NCBI GenBank assembly: GCA_030141605.1
Contig: JAQGDQ010000114.1
Coordinates: forward strand, 248,001 to 312,000
DNA: 64,000 bases
Source of the DNA: Tubiluchus corallicola
Lineage: Eukaryota; Animalia; Priapulida
Reading direction: 5' to 3'
The translations under genes and the position numbers were made by a program. The notes under the pieces were generated by a model that had not been told where the DNA came from, searched no databases, and worked only from the letters and a program-made list of their open reading frames with translations. Shown piece by piece: positions 24,787 to 37,151 of the stretch. How positions within the stretch are numbered: position 1 is the stretch's first letter; every line of letters begins with the position of its first letter.

Positions 24787-25618
24787 GAGAGTATTATTAG
24801 GGGGGCAGTGGTGTCGGGGAGATTGTATAGGATGGTAAAATCCCACCCCCGACACTTTGCTGAGGCCTTCGACAGGCCCATTGCAATTATTCACTGCTAT
24901 ACGTCTATTGGTCGTACTCGGCAAGCCTTCCAGCTTGCTTCAGATACGCCGCTAGTTTTTTCAGGTTTAAGTTCTCTACAACTACTCTAAGTGTTGTATT
25001 TTTATTTCCCAGACATTTGATACGAGCACCCTGGTAGGCGGTGCATCGTCCCACGTGATGGTCCGGTGTTTCGTCTTCCTGACCACATTTCGGGCAAATC
25101 GCGGATTGTGCTCGACAAGTGCTTTTTTATGTTTTTGGAGATTACAGTGTCCGGTTAGGACCTGTATAACCATGTTGAGTTGAGTTCTACTGAGACTCAG
25201 GAGCCTATTGCAGACTCGGGCCGAGGCCCAGCCCACATGTTCCTTTGTTCTCTTGCAGTCCTCACGATTATTCCACGACGTTTCCCATCGTTTTAGACTC
25301 CAATCGCGTAGACACAGCTAGCGTAAGGGACGGGCAGATAGGGTTCTGGTCCCTCCGGAGAGAGCTCAGATCCCTTTTTAGCAAGTTTGTCCGCCTCTTC
25401 GTTACCATGTACTCCTTCGTGTCCACGAATCCATGTAACCAAGACTCGGTTTCTTTTTCCAAGTATGTTCAAGTTTTCAACACATCGTAAAACCGAGATA
25501 GATTTTACTGTATTGTTTTCAGTAGCTTTAATAGCCGCCTGGCTGTCTGACAGGATGACTATTGATTGATTCTGGAGTCCTTCCGAAGACATTATCTCCG
25601 CTTTTTTGAGAGTAACTC
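24787..25618 (-). mobile_element. 5'-truncated non-LTR retrotransposon (RNase H-bearing, LOA/R1/I-like) in the PLPP intron
   Basis: RNase H motifs IVILSDSQAA and VTWIRGHEGVHGNEEADKLAK, then GPEP and LTGHC..H; 3' UTR hairpins and short TAA tail; candidate TSD TACTATT; frameshifted. Confidence 0.85.
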
Positions 25619-25973
25619 TACTATTAACTGTGCTGTGACTGGTACTGATGGCAAAAGAAGCCGGTGATTTGCAAACTTGTCCATTAAGTTGCAGAATGCA
25701 TGAGAAATGAAATTTGATGCATATGTGTGTGTGTGAAAGACTTAAAATGCATGTGATACACACCTTGCTTAAGTTTGGCAAGTCTGTGGTCCTACTACAA
25801 TGCTTTTTATTGACGATATTTACATACCATTGATTACAAATTAGACCTGGCTGGTTAATTATCTAATGCAGCTGCTAAAAAGCATGAATGTCAAAGATGC
25901 AATAAATTAAACTCACCCCAGTTTTGGTACTATTTTTTTGCTAATATCTAATGAGTTATCATAAAACACATAC

Positions 25974-26094
25974 CTATAGTTTTATAACAAAGCCAGATGT
26001 AGGGATGAATGATTTTGCCATTGACAGTGTATCTCCTGTTTCTAATGCTAGGCTGTTTAACATTGTGCCAGAGAATCGCTTCGCAAAGGCATAT
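25974..26094 (-). CDS. PLPP: Phospholipid phosphatase exon 3
   Basis: ttttag|ATA; ICLCEAIL...HPYIWLCYKTIG; G|gtatgt; phases fit both neighbours. Confidence 0.85.
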
Positions 26095-26223
26095 CTAAAA
26101 CCACACACGTTTTTATTTAAAGTGAGTCCATGCTTATTAAATATTTGCTTAGGTTGCACTTGACAACTGTTTAGCACAAACAATTTTTTTAAGAAATGTA
26201 GAATAAATTATAATACCACTTAC

Positions 26224-26375
26224 TGATACTATTGGAATAGCTAGGCCCAATGATATCAAAAGAGCATTAGAAATGGTATTTTCACGGTAAGGATGTCTTA
26301 AACTCTCATCATTGCAAAAGAAACCCCTGTGAAATGGCTCAGCCACAAATTTAAATAAAGGCACTGGCAAAAACA
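26224..26375 (-). CDS. PLPP: Phospholipid phosphatase exon 2
   Basis: PFHRGFFCNDESLRHPY is the LPP N-terminal signature; ctatag|TG ... TCA|gtaagt. Confidence 0.92.
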
Positions 26376-26791
26376 CTATAGAAAAAAAATATAAAAAAAT
26401 CAATGGCATACAGTCACATCCTCAACGATTTTAGGCAATCATTAAAAAACAGTCATGTGCATGGAATATATATGACAACATTGCTATTATTTATTTACAA
26501 TTCAGAAAATCATTCATAATTAGAGTAATGACGTTCATGATAAAAACAGAGTAAAACATTACACATAAAATTTACTTCCTCAAGAGCTGCTTGCTTTAGA
26601 AAACTACTTATTCAGACATTTTAATTGATGATAAGTAAGTAAGAGTCACAGATCATTTAGATTAAAAATTTTGACGAAAGGTATAGAACTAGCCTTCAGT
26701 TTCCTTTAATTTTTCAACGATCAGTTTTTATTTGGAATGGCAACGACACACTATTTCATCTAAACGCTAATTATAATAATCAAATGCATAC

Positions 26792-26870
26792 CAATAATAA
26801 GGCAACATATATCAATCACAATCCGAAGAACAATCCCATTTGAATTACTTCTACATTTGGGTGTTGCCAT
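26792..26870 (-). CDS. PLPP: Phospholipid phosphatase coding exon 1
   Basis: ATG with A at -3 and G at +4; MATPKCRS...RIVIDICCLII (TM1-like); G|gtatgc, phase 1. Confidence 0.85.
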
Positions 26871-27303
26871 TTTTGCACATACCCTTGCAGTGTGCTTAGT
26901 CAATCAAACGAATCCAAAACATCAAGAAGGCCCATTGGCAAATTACGTTGTCCAGCAATTGAGAACTAAAATGAATACTTAAAACAAACATTCTGCAATA
27001 AGCTTTTGAAAATGAGCAACAATTTGCATCAGCATTTAACAAGATGTCAACTGCAAATTCTAAGACTAAACAGTAGAAGACTGAAATTTGTGATTATCAC
27101 TTATGACTGTCCACTGTGTCTGACACAGTGACATGTTAGTAATGTTTACATTATTTTTACTTTTACCTTGCTAAATAATATTTTGCAAATGAGTATTTCA
27201 TTACTGATGTAACTAGGGTCTGTTTACGCATTCAACAGTTTTCTACTTAATTTCCCGCAAAGGAAATTTGCACAGTCTCATCATGAGGCTTGTTGTTTAT
27301 AAG

Positions 27304-27304
<1 letters not shown>

Positions 27305-27359
<55 letters not shown>

Positions 27360-27366
27360 GAGAGAA
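27305..27366. repeat. (GA)n microsatellite
   Basis: Direct reading. Confidence 0.95.
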
Positions 27367-30300
27367 AGAAAACCAACCAATTACCCATGCAGCCAAATAG
27401 ACACAGACAAATGGTAAAAACAATAAAATTTAAAAGATGAAACTGATGCCTCATTTTGCCAATGTGTTAAAGATAAAACTAATTCTTGAACAATACTTAT
27501 TGCATGTAAATATATACAATTAAAAGTATTGAAAACACCACACAATATATGCACATAAAATGCCTTATGCTGAGCAGGTTACATAGTTTATAAAGGTTGC
27601 TCTAAAAGTAAAAAGAAGATTGCTGAAGTACATGGCAAAATAAATGTTTATATTGCACAGGGAGCCGAATGACACCATGTTTTGTTCAACGTCAGCACGC
27701 CCAAGCGTGAAGTGATCATGAAATTGATTTTATTAATTACTCAAGGTACTTATACTGGAATTTTCTAACATTGTTCTCAAATATTAAAATAAACTCAACT
27801 TCCCAAGAGACTTGGCTTTTCCTTTAAATTATTGAAGTACTTTGCGTAATGGTTAGTTAAGTCAGCTCATTTTGCCAATGTATATACACTTCGCATATAT
27901 CAGCAAATAAACTAAATGGAATTGAATGCACGAATACACAGGTAGCCATCCATACAGGATATTGGTAAAATAGAATTCTGCTGTTTTCGGTAATTTTGAC
28001 AAAACGATGCAATTTGAAATAACATAGAGCAATTAAGAGCGGAACATCGGTACATGGATAAACGGATTTTAGAAGCAATCGATCGTGAACAGGAGCGTAC
28101 GTATTATCAGAGATTTTTGCATTGGTGCTATGCCTAAAACTTATCACTAACCAAAAAGGCATAACATTTCAGACGAAAGTATGCTAAACACCCATCCGCT
28201 ATATCATTATCATCCAGCTGATAACTGTTGGGAGCGGTTTGGTGCACCAACTCATATACCGTACTTGCACTACTGTGCATGCGCTGCACATCTGGAGTGC
28301 GGTATTGTCATAAAAGCCCACCCAAGCACCGCACGGAGTTTCTTTAGGCTATTCGTGAACTATTTTCGGCGAGCTCTTTCATTTCTCGCTCATTTCATTG
28401 TAAAATACTGTGGCGTTTGAACAAGTTGCTTAGAGATAGCAGTCATCGCACTTAACACAATTTTGTCTGATATGTACATTGTGCAATTTAGTGATCTAGT
28501 CATCTATAAGAGCTAGAACTATTTATCTGGCTTCTGACAATAATGTACTATTTTTATTATTAATAATAAACTATAATGAAATAAAGAATCTTGTCTGAAT
28601 ATGGTTACAAAATATTGTCATACAATAAGTTGCACTCAGAGACATGGAAAAAATAATCCAATATCAAACCAATTATGGAACCATCACACACACACCTGTT
28701 TCACCACACTTGGAAATGAGAGTCAGAAAATTTAAATTCCTGACCCAGATGAGCAATATGTATAACGTTACATAACTAGTTACCACTCATTAGCCCATCT
28801 TAATTGCATCCAGAACTGATTGAAGATCACTATTTTGACTTGATCAAAAACTTTGATAGAGTTTTACATCATGTGCAAATAACTTTACTGTTACAACATC
28901 AATGATTCTAGGTAAATCATTAATAAAGCACAAAACAAATATGGTGCAAGAGCACTTCTCTGGGGTACACCATATGTTACGCATATATATTCAGATACAT
29001 TATTAACAAAAGCAACATATTGTTTCTATTGTTCAAAAAAGATTCAATCTATATGAAAAAAATGTCCTACTACAATGTTGTGACAGTACTTTTTGAAAAA
29101 AATTGTTTGTCAAGAGCCTGAAAAGATTGTGAACATATGGTGACCAAAATTGTACGCATGCTGCCTGGGTAGGCTTATTTCGTTTTAATATGCTTGCTGG
29201 CAAAATCAAAATGAGATCACAACAACCACCACAGCATTCTAACCTACTACAGCCTTTTGTAATTACTGAGTAGGTTAGTATGTCATCTAACCCTGATTTA
29301 AAAGTGACTGTGAGTAAAACTGATTTTATGTACCTAGATGTGAAAAAAATTGTCTGCAAGTTACTGGTGTTGGCATTTACAGAGAAACAAAAACTGCATA
29401 GACGTGCAGTGGTAGGGCAACTAAAGCATCCACAAGTTATAATTATGCATGTCATGCACAGTTAATTCATGCATGACTGGAACATAAACAAATAGAGCAT
29501 TTGTATATGTAAGCAACAGTACTTATTTTTTTGCATTGTGAAACACTGATTAAGAGGTAACTAGCTCATTATCCTGTATGCCACACTGCAAAAACCGTCT
29601 TGATAAAGAGGCATATAAACATCTCTTCTGCCAATATGTCTCATGTGAAGCAAAATGCAGATGAGAGTGTGAACAAAATATTGTATTATCACCTATAACT
29701 ATTTCAAAAGAGTGGCATTTTCCAAGTTTAAAAAATATAAAATGTCAAAACGATTATTATTATTATTATTATTATAACTCTGGAAACAAATTGCCATCTT
29801 AACAGCTAAAATTGATAATACATTGATATTTATATTTTATTATATTAAATTATAATTATACTTTTATATTTACATTACATTTTATTAAATTTAAACTTGA
29901 TGAAATATTATTTTAACGCGTGTTATAATTAAATAAAAGAAAAAGGACGGATTCAGCTCTACATGCTTAAAATATTTTTAATTCAGCTTAGTTTTTGTTG
30001 CTGCGGTCGATGGCCTGGAAAAAGCAGTGAAAGTACCGCACTGTGCGGTGAATGGGCTAACGAGCCATACAGCGCCCAGTACGCTATCGATCGGTACCAC
30101 CGCAATAAGGATCACCTTCAGCTCAAAAAATTTATTTCAGGGGTGTCCAATTTCTGTCCCAGTAGCAAGTTACAATAATATTAGAAATGACTCAATTGAG
30201 AACAATAAATGCCTAGTAGATTAAATTTATTAACAAAATAGTTAAGGTTAATTTAATTTAATATTAAATACTAAATTCATTAATCTAAGATACATTAATA

Positions 30301-31505
30301 TACTTTTCAAAAATTAATGAGATTTTTTCGACCAAAGATCTGCATTGGTTATTATAGTGAGATGCACGGGATGACGGAAGTGACAGATCTTAAACTAAGC
30401 TAAATTTACAGCAAGGTTCAAAAGAAGAGGCACAACGTGGAACTAACAAAATGACAGTGAAAAAAGTTGAAAACTAAAAACACTTGTATAAGCAAGTTTA
30501 AACATTAAACTGCTTTGGTAAAGTAATAATGGTAGATAAAAAATAATTTTCCACACATATACATTAACAGTTACAACGTTATATGATCTTATGTGACAGT
30601 AAACCTGTTCCATGAAAACTACAATAAAACACCTGTAAATTTAGAATACAAAAAACTGAATTGTTTGATATATGCTGTCGAGATTTCATTTTTCCATAAA
30701 AAGTCCAATTATATTACTGCATTATTTCCTTCAAATATTAATTGTTCCTTTTCTGAAACACAGTTCATGCATTTTATCACATGTATTGGTCTGTGGTTTT
30801 GCAAGTGGTGCCTTTAGAAAAACCTTTTTTGCAAAGTTACATTTTAAGTCTAAATTTTTTTAAACAATTATCAGTAAAAGAATTTTTTGAATGATCAGCA
30901 AGTTTTTTTGGAAGAGATTTTCTTTATTTTTTGTGATGGTCACAGTAAAACGCAATCTTTGGAGCAACTCCACCATGTTTTGGTCTGCATTAGAACTTGG
31001 CACCACGAACACCATCGCTAGGATGAAAAAGAGATTGCATATAATTTCAGTTTCTGATGATTCCTAGCTTGACATTAGAAAACGTGTTTAATTCTTCCTT
31101 CAACGTCTCTTCTTTGTCGAATGTGCTACCCATAACACCTCAACTACCAAAAATTTAACAAACATTGTATAAAGACGTCTGTCTACCATCATCGCAAAGT
31201 ACATCTGAACAATGCACTGTTCACTTTTGTAAACATATCTGAAGTTCTCTGCTTTAACTATGCAATCACTAATCACCTGCACTCTTATACTTGGGTGTCT
31301 GCCCCTTACCACTGAGTAACTTCTAATGCCAGCCATAAGCCTAAAAAATCTTCCGTAAAAAAGCAAAGTATATTATAGTATGCTTGCAATAGATTCCTTG
31401 ACTATGTTTTTAATCACTTTTGTTCTGAATCCAAATTAAGCTATCGTCAATTCATCATGAGCATTGAAGCTGTTTTGCTATTGAAACAGTACAAGACTAA
31501 ATATA

Positions 31506-31661
31506 GTTGCTAATTAATAATAATAGATACATCTGTATAAACTCAAAAGAAACACTGACAATAAATCACTGCTCAATGATATCGTTGCTAATTAATAATA
31601 ATAGATACATCTGTATAAACTCAAAAGAAACAATGACAATAAATCACTGCTCAATGATATC
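31506..31661. repeat. 78-bp tandem duplication, 2 copies
   Basis: GTTGCTAATTAATAATAATAGATAC...CAATGATATC repeated with one visible mismatch. Confidence 0.92.
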
Positions 31662-32337
31662 GCAAGTTTTATATTATTAAAGGTACACTAATTTTAGTAG
31701 ATAGTTACACTATAATTTTAAGCTGGTGCAGAGTGATGCTTTTTAGGTTTATAAGTTCAAAATATTCTAACACATTCTTTGCTTTCAAGATGTAGTAACA
31801 CTACAAGTCAAACTAATGACTAATTTCAAGAAGACTTCAAATGTCTAATATACTGAATGTTGAGGTAAAAATGAATCAATGCGTGCGGTAAGTTTTACGC
31901 TTCCTTTCTAGAAAGTAAGAAAACATTGAAAAACAAGCTCACACAAATAAAGCCATCAATTATAATAAGCAGCTCACTATAATACTAATTAAATCCAATA
32001 CTGTAATTAAATCTAATATGGCAATACTTGACTACAGCATGATGTATAATGACAAACCAAAATTTTTAATCTTCAAAATTGTACCGAGATATCAGGTCTA
32101 GATTTTAGTCAACAGCTGAACAACAATCCATTGCATGAAGACTGAGTATCATCAGTATAAGCTTGACATATGTGCAGTACATCTTCAAACTACGTGTGTT
32201 AAGACATGAGACTTTTTCAAAATGACATTTCCAAATTCAGTAAACTAGTTATTAGTAATTTATAAATATTTGCAACAAACTGACAACAAAGTGATTAGTT
32301 ACAATATTTCATGTTGACATAATGGTACGTGTTATAA

Positions 32338-33450
32338 TTAGACTATCAGGTGTTTCCTTGTACAGTTTTCTTCATGTTTTCTACGATGCGACGACTGGGT
32401 AAAGGAACGTCCGCACACACCACAATGAAATGGCTTTTCCCCAGAATGTATGCGAGTATGACGTGTCAAATCACTTGAGTGGCTGAAGCATTTGCCACAA
32501 GAGTCACACTTGTAAGGTTTTTCCCCTGTGTGAGTCCTTTCATGGCAAATAAGGGAAATTCTTTGTCGAAAGATCTTCTTGCACCATCGACACATAAATG
32601 CAGTTACACGTTGAACATCTGCATTCCTATTGCCATTTTGCAAAGTAGTACTCTTACTTAAGCAACATTTTCGCATTTTCTTTAACTGAGGAGCAATTCC
32701 ATGAATATGAACACTGCAATCTAAAGCGGAAGACTTTCCGTTCAACTTGTCAGTGGATTGAACAGATTTGCATACATTTGTTCTCAACTCACCATATGCA
32801 CTGTTTTCACTTTTGTGCAATGGTAAATGCAAACTTGGTGAGCATTGAAAGTAGGTATCTTCTTCACAGCAGGTTTCATTGTCACCTCGGTCTTTCTGAT
32901 GTGTTGTACTAGCTGAAACTACTGAGTTAAGTTCCATTTTGACACTTTCCTGTTGGCAATCGATATTGGAGTTAATGCCACTGCAATAAAATCTCTTGTT
33001 TACATCAATCTTGTTCAAACTGTATCCCACAGGAGTTTTATCTGTACTGTAAACTTTCACCAAATCAATTGCATTCTCATAATAATCATTATATCGATAA
33101 TTGACCATCGCACTTGTGGCATTCACAAAGCTACTTTTTTCTGACAGGTCTTCACCTGTTACAGAAGCAGAGTCAAGGTTCAATACTTGATTATTGTCAT
33201 TAGTAATTTCATCACCTGTGCCGTCACTGCAACAAGACTCAGGCTTGCTCATTCCATTCCAAGTAACCTGCAGCAGGCACTTACTGTCAAGGTTAATATC
33301 ACATGCATTGCTCATATCTCCGGGATTCTGGCCTTCATTGACTAAGATTCTGCAATGCCATGTTCTGCTGTGGGCAAAGAAAATTTCCTCTGACATAAAA
33401 CACTCAGCGCATGCCGTACATTTGAAGTAAATCCCAGTGTCACTAGCCAT
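32338..33450 (-). CDS. C2H2 zinc-finger protein, intronless CDS (370 aa)
   Basis: N-terminal isolated finger; three C-terminal fingers with TGEKPY/SGEKPF linkers, the last of C2HC type; in-frame upstream TAA; splice acceptor at 33504-33505. Confidence 0.9.
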   Translation of the reverse strand: MASDTGIYFKCTACAECFMSEEIFFAHSRTWHCRILVNEGQNPGDMSNACDINLDSKCLLQVTWNGMSKPESCCSDGTGDEITNDNNQVLNLDSASVTGEDLSEKSSFVNATSAMVNYRYNDYYENAIDLVKVYSTDKTPVGYSLNKIDVNKRFYCSGINSNIDCQQESVKMELNSVVSASTTHQKDRGDNETCCEEDTYFQCSPSLHLPLHKSENSAYGELRTNVCKSVQSTDKLNGKSSALDCSVHIHGIAPQLKKMRKCCLSKSTTLQNGNRNADVQRVTAFMCRWCKKIFRQRISLICHERTHTGEKPYKCDSCGKCFSHSSDLTRHTRIHSGEKPFHCGVCGRSFTQSSHRRKHEENCTRKHLIV

Positions 33451-34437
33451 ATTTGATGAATTCGATTATAAGTGATAAATCTCACTCTGTCCAATTATAA
33501 ATTCTGCAAGCAAAATTCAAAACTTGGTTGTTTTTATCAAATGAGAAAAATTCAAAATCACAGAATTTGAAACTATACAAGGAGTAAGAACATTGTTCCA
33601 CAAGATAATATTACTTTACAAAATGTTTTAATTTGCAAAATTTTGGGTTTTAATAAAAGCAACTTCTAGTGCTGATGCAATCTTTTGCTGCAACTTTTAA
33701 ATATTTACCAAGACTAAAGTTAAATATTTGCCGACTGCTTAAATTTAGCCCTGGGGCATGTGCAGCAATGAGGAGACATAATCTAAGTAATGACATTGTC
33801 AATCACTAAGTTATTATTTACTTTCTGGTAAGAAAATCATATAATTTTTGTTAGCTGCCGAAGAGGCACTATTTTTTGCCATTAAACTAATTCCTTGATT
33901 CATTTTAAACTATTAGCTAGATAAATCCATTGCAGATGTTTAACATTCACAACTGAATAATGAGAATGCTCAAATTACTTCAGTAACATTTTAAGTTTTC
34001 AATGTAAATTTTACTGGAGAAAAAACTTAATTTATATTTACCAAAAATGCAATACAGTACACTGTAAGTATTGTCAATGTTCCATCTACTAGAGAATGAA
34101 CGTTTTAAGAAACACATACAACATGTAGTTACAAAACGTGCCATGACAGAAATACAGGATATTTTGACTTGCCACTTAGTTAGAGCAGTAACTGCACACG
34201 TACATTGCTGCACATACTATTATAGATACCGATTTCAAGTTGGATGCAAAAGTTTTTCATAACAATATATTTGAGCATTTCATTACAAATAATTATAGTA
34301 ATCAACTTGTTACATTAATAAATAATAAACAAGCAACAATTCATCCAGCTTTAAACGAAAAAGAAATTCATGTACTGAAGTGATTATAATGTTTATGGAG
34401 TCGACAACTCTTCCAGTCAAAAGAAAACAAAGAAACT

Positions 34438-36210
34438 TCACAAAAACTGTTTCCAGTCAAATTTTGGATTTGACATGTGTGTGATTGGTAAACATGGTGG
34501 CTTCACTAATTTCCAAATGCCATTTTTTTCTTCTTGCACAGCCACTATGCTACAGTATGGTGTTTCATTCATCACTTTACAAAGGGAAGAATAATCACGC
34601 GGATGTTTTCCGATAAGATATCTTGTGCACACTTCAAGAGAACCAGCATGTGCAGCCAACATCACATTGCCTTTCCCTTCTTTTTGTGTTTGGTCTAAAA
34701 TCAATTTCGTTATGTAAAAACTTCTGATATACCAGTCTTCCAGAGTCTCAGCATCATCCAGCTTTTCAAATGGTACAAGAGCAGTGTAAGACAAGTCAAT
34801 GTTAAAACCTACCAGTGATGCTTCTGTTGGGGTCATAAACTTTGGTTTAGTGTCTCTGTACCACATCATAAATTCAAATAGCCCAGGTTCTATTCGAAGT
34901 TTCACATTATCACACTCCAGTCCCTGAAGAACACAAGCTGCTGTTTGTAAGCATCGAAATGCTGGTGAAACGTAAACAAATGAAATAGATGCACTATTTA
35001 ATTTCAGCGATTCCCCAAGAAGTCTAGCTTGTGTCAGCCCAATTTCAGTTAGAGGAGCATCTCGGTCAAAGTCATACGGTCCTCCTTTTCGTGTCGGTAG
35101 CTTTTTGGGAAGATTTGCATCCAATCTGTAATATTTTCCTTGTATGTCAAAACAATTTTTAAGAAACCACGTTCCACCAAACGTAAAGTCTACTCGTTCC
35201 CCGTGTCTGATAACATACAATTGACGGACTTGTTTCTTGAGAACTTCTGAGTTGGAGGATTCCTGTTCTTTTGGTGTCAAGTAAGAACAATGCTGTAATG
35301 CAGCAATTTCTTCAACCCTAACAAGAGGATAACATTCATGAAGTGTCCACGCTGCAGTTTCTGGGATTCTTTGTAAAAAATTGCCAGGTATCATACCAGA
35401 CAGCCCAGAATTCTCTTTTGTTACTAATATCCAACCATCTTCTGATAAACTCAGTTCACTTTCTTTTAAAAAAACCAAATCACCAGTCCTTAAATCAAGC
35501 TCATCCTCATGGATGCCTGTATAGTCGTGAACTGCTCTGCAGACGTTGTAAGATGAGAAGTCTGGATCTCGTGAAAATAAGCAAATATCCCAAGCTGTAA
35601 AGCGTGTTGATGCAGTATCTATATCACTTGCCAGTTTCTTAAGTGATTCGAAATCTTTTTCTGAAAAGTGACTGGCTAGTGTAAGATGAAACGTTTCTTT
35701 TCTTGGATCAGGATTTCTTGGCACTACTTTTAAGCTATGTTTCTCAGCATCCTTCGCAAACCCTCTAACAAATTCTTTTAAAAACTTGGACTCATCCTGC
35801 CCAATATGTATACCTATGAACTCAGATGAAATGTGAGGTTCTAACAGGATTTTGCAAGGTCTTTTTCCTACAAATTTGTACACCGCGTTTCTAAAAGTTC
35901 GATGTAACAACTCCACTTGAGCATTTGGCACAGAAAAAAAATCACACAAAGCTATGTGAGAACAACAATTTGCAGTAGGATTCCACGACTGCAAGATCTC
36001 AAGTGATCTAACATAAAATGTTTCCAATTCTTCTAATAATGTACCCGCAGGGCACACATAGACAACAAATTCACGGTGAGACAGATTATCAAGAAGTGGA
36101 TCATTAGCATGACTCAGAAGCCATCTTGCAGCTTTTTGAGAATTCCCACATCCAGTTGCAGCCACAGCTTTCTCAGCACGGTGCTGCGAATATCCTATCT
36201 GAACCAATGT
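34438..36210 (-). CDS. UBASH3: UBASH3/Sts/ecdysteroid-phosphate phosphatase-like, copy B, exon 2
   Basis: UBA (HRAEKAVAATG), 2H-like region, SH3 (DELDL..GD..DGW..IPGNFL), His-phosphatase RHGER and AAHAG; acceptor ttttcaacag|ACA. Confidence 0.92.
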   Translation of the reverse strand, partial: TLVQIGYSQHRAEKAVAATGCGNSQKAARWLLSHANDPLLDNLSHREFVVYVCPAGTLLEELETFYVRSLEILQSWNPTANCCSHIALCDFFSVPNAQVELLHRTFRNAVYKFVGKRPCKILLEPHISSEFIGIHIGQDESKFLKEFVRGFAKDAEKHSLKVVPRNPDPRKETFHLTLASHFSEKDFESLKKLASDIDTASTRFTAWDICLFSRDPDFSSYNVCRAVHDYTGIHEDELDLRTGDLVFLKESELSLSEDGWILVTKENSGLSGMIPGNFLQRIPETAAWTLHECYPLVRVEEIAALQHCSYLTPKEQESSNSEVLKKQVRQLYVIRHGERVDFTFGGTWFLKNCFDIQGKYYRLDANLPKKLPTRKGGPYDFDRDAPLTEIGLTQARLLGESLKLNSASISFVYVSPAFRCLQTAACVLQGLECDNVKLRIEPGLFEFMMWYRDTKPKFMTPTEASLVGFNIDLSYTALVPFEKLDDAETLEDWYIRSFYITKLILDQTQKEGKGNVMLAAHAGSLEVCTRYLIGKHPRDYSSLCKVMNETPYCSIVAVQEEKNGIWKLVKPPCLPITHMSNPKFDWKQFL

Positions 36211-37046
36211 CTGTTGAAAATAATTACATTTATGTAATAAAATTTACGTGCATATAAACACATTTAATAAATGTCTCTCTTTAATCAGGCGGTTTTGATC
36301 AAAAAGCAAATCTTAAGTCACCATACAAATAATAAAAGTAGTAAATTTTTTACACACTATTAAGTGAAATAAAATAATATGCTAAATTGCATGCAGAGAA
36401 AATTTAACAATTATGATGTACTTAACCCCAAACTTATTTTGTAAAACCAATGCCACACTTGTTACTACAACACAGTATTTCATTCCACCATTCCTGAAAT
36501 GGTTAGTACATGTAGTACTAAATGCCAGTAATTATTAATCAAGTATTAGTAAATGGACACTAAATCATTAACCAAACTATTAGGTCTTAGTGAATAACAA
36601 TTATGCAACTGAGGAACCTCGATTATGGAAATGTGTGTTTGAGTCACTTAAACAAATTTACCAACTGTTCAGATACTCACAATAAATTTTTGAAGTTGTG
36701 TAATGTACACAAGATACAAAATATAGGTCCCACATAACGTAAAATTTCAAACAATCAGATACCATGAATGCTACAGTGAGTTACAATAATCATAATCCAT
36801 TAAACGTTATTAGAAAATTCAGCCGTGAAAACCAATCGAGATTTTATTACTTCCAAAAACGAGGTTCAATTGTAAAATCTAACTTCAAATCTAGTTACAA
36901 TGCAAATACCCTAAAGGCTTATTCGGTCACCACTAATAAGTTTCTTATTTACAAAAAGTTCAACAGGTGCACAAAATAATACAAATTATCCAAAAGTATT
37001 AAGTACGTGTCATGCAGAGGAAGAACAAGGTTGTTCTCACATTTAC

Positions 37047-37151
37047 CTGTACTGCAGAAGACTCTGCCTGATAAAGTGACTCAGAGCGCGCCTTTTCTAA
37101 TGACCTCCTTGGTGATGAAGTTAGCCCAAGTTTTTTGGAAAAATTAGCCAT
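37047..37151 (-). CDS. UBASH3: UBASH3-like copy B, coding exon 1
   Basis: ATG at 37151, 35 codons (MANFSKKLG...SAVQ), CAG|gtaaat phase 0; upstream acceptor at 37201-37202. Confidence 0.72.

Noticed and set aside
30860-31370. Possible decayed coding sequence on minus (..CRPKHGGVAPKIAFYCDHH..)
   Set aside because: Multiple stops and no family I can recognise; needs tBLASTx.
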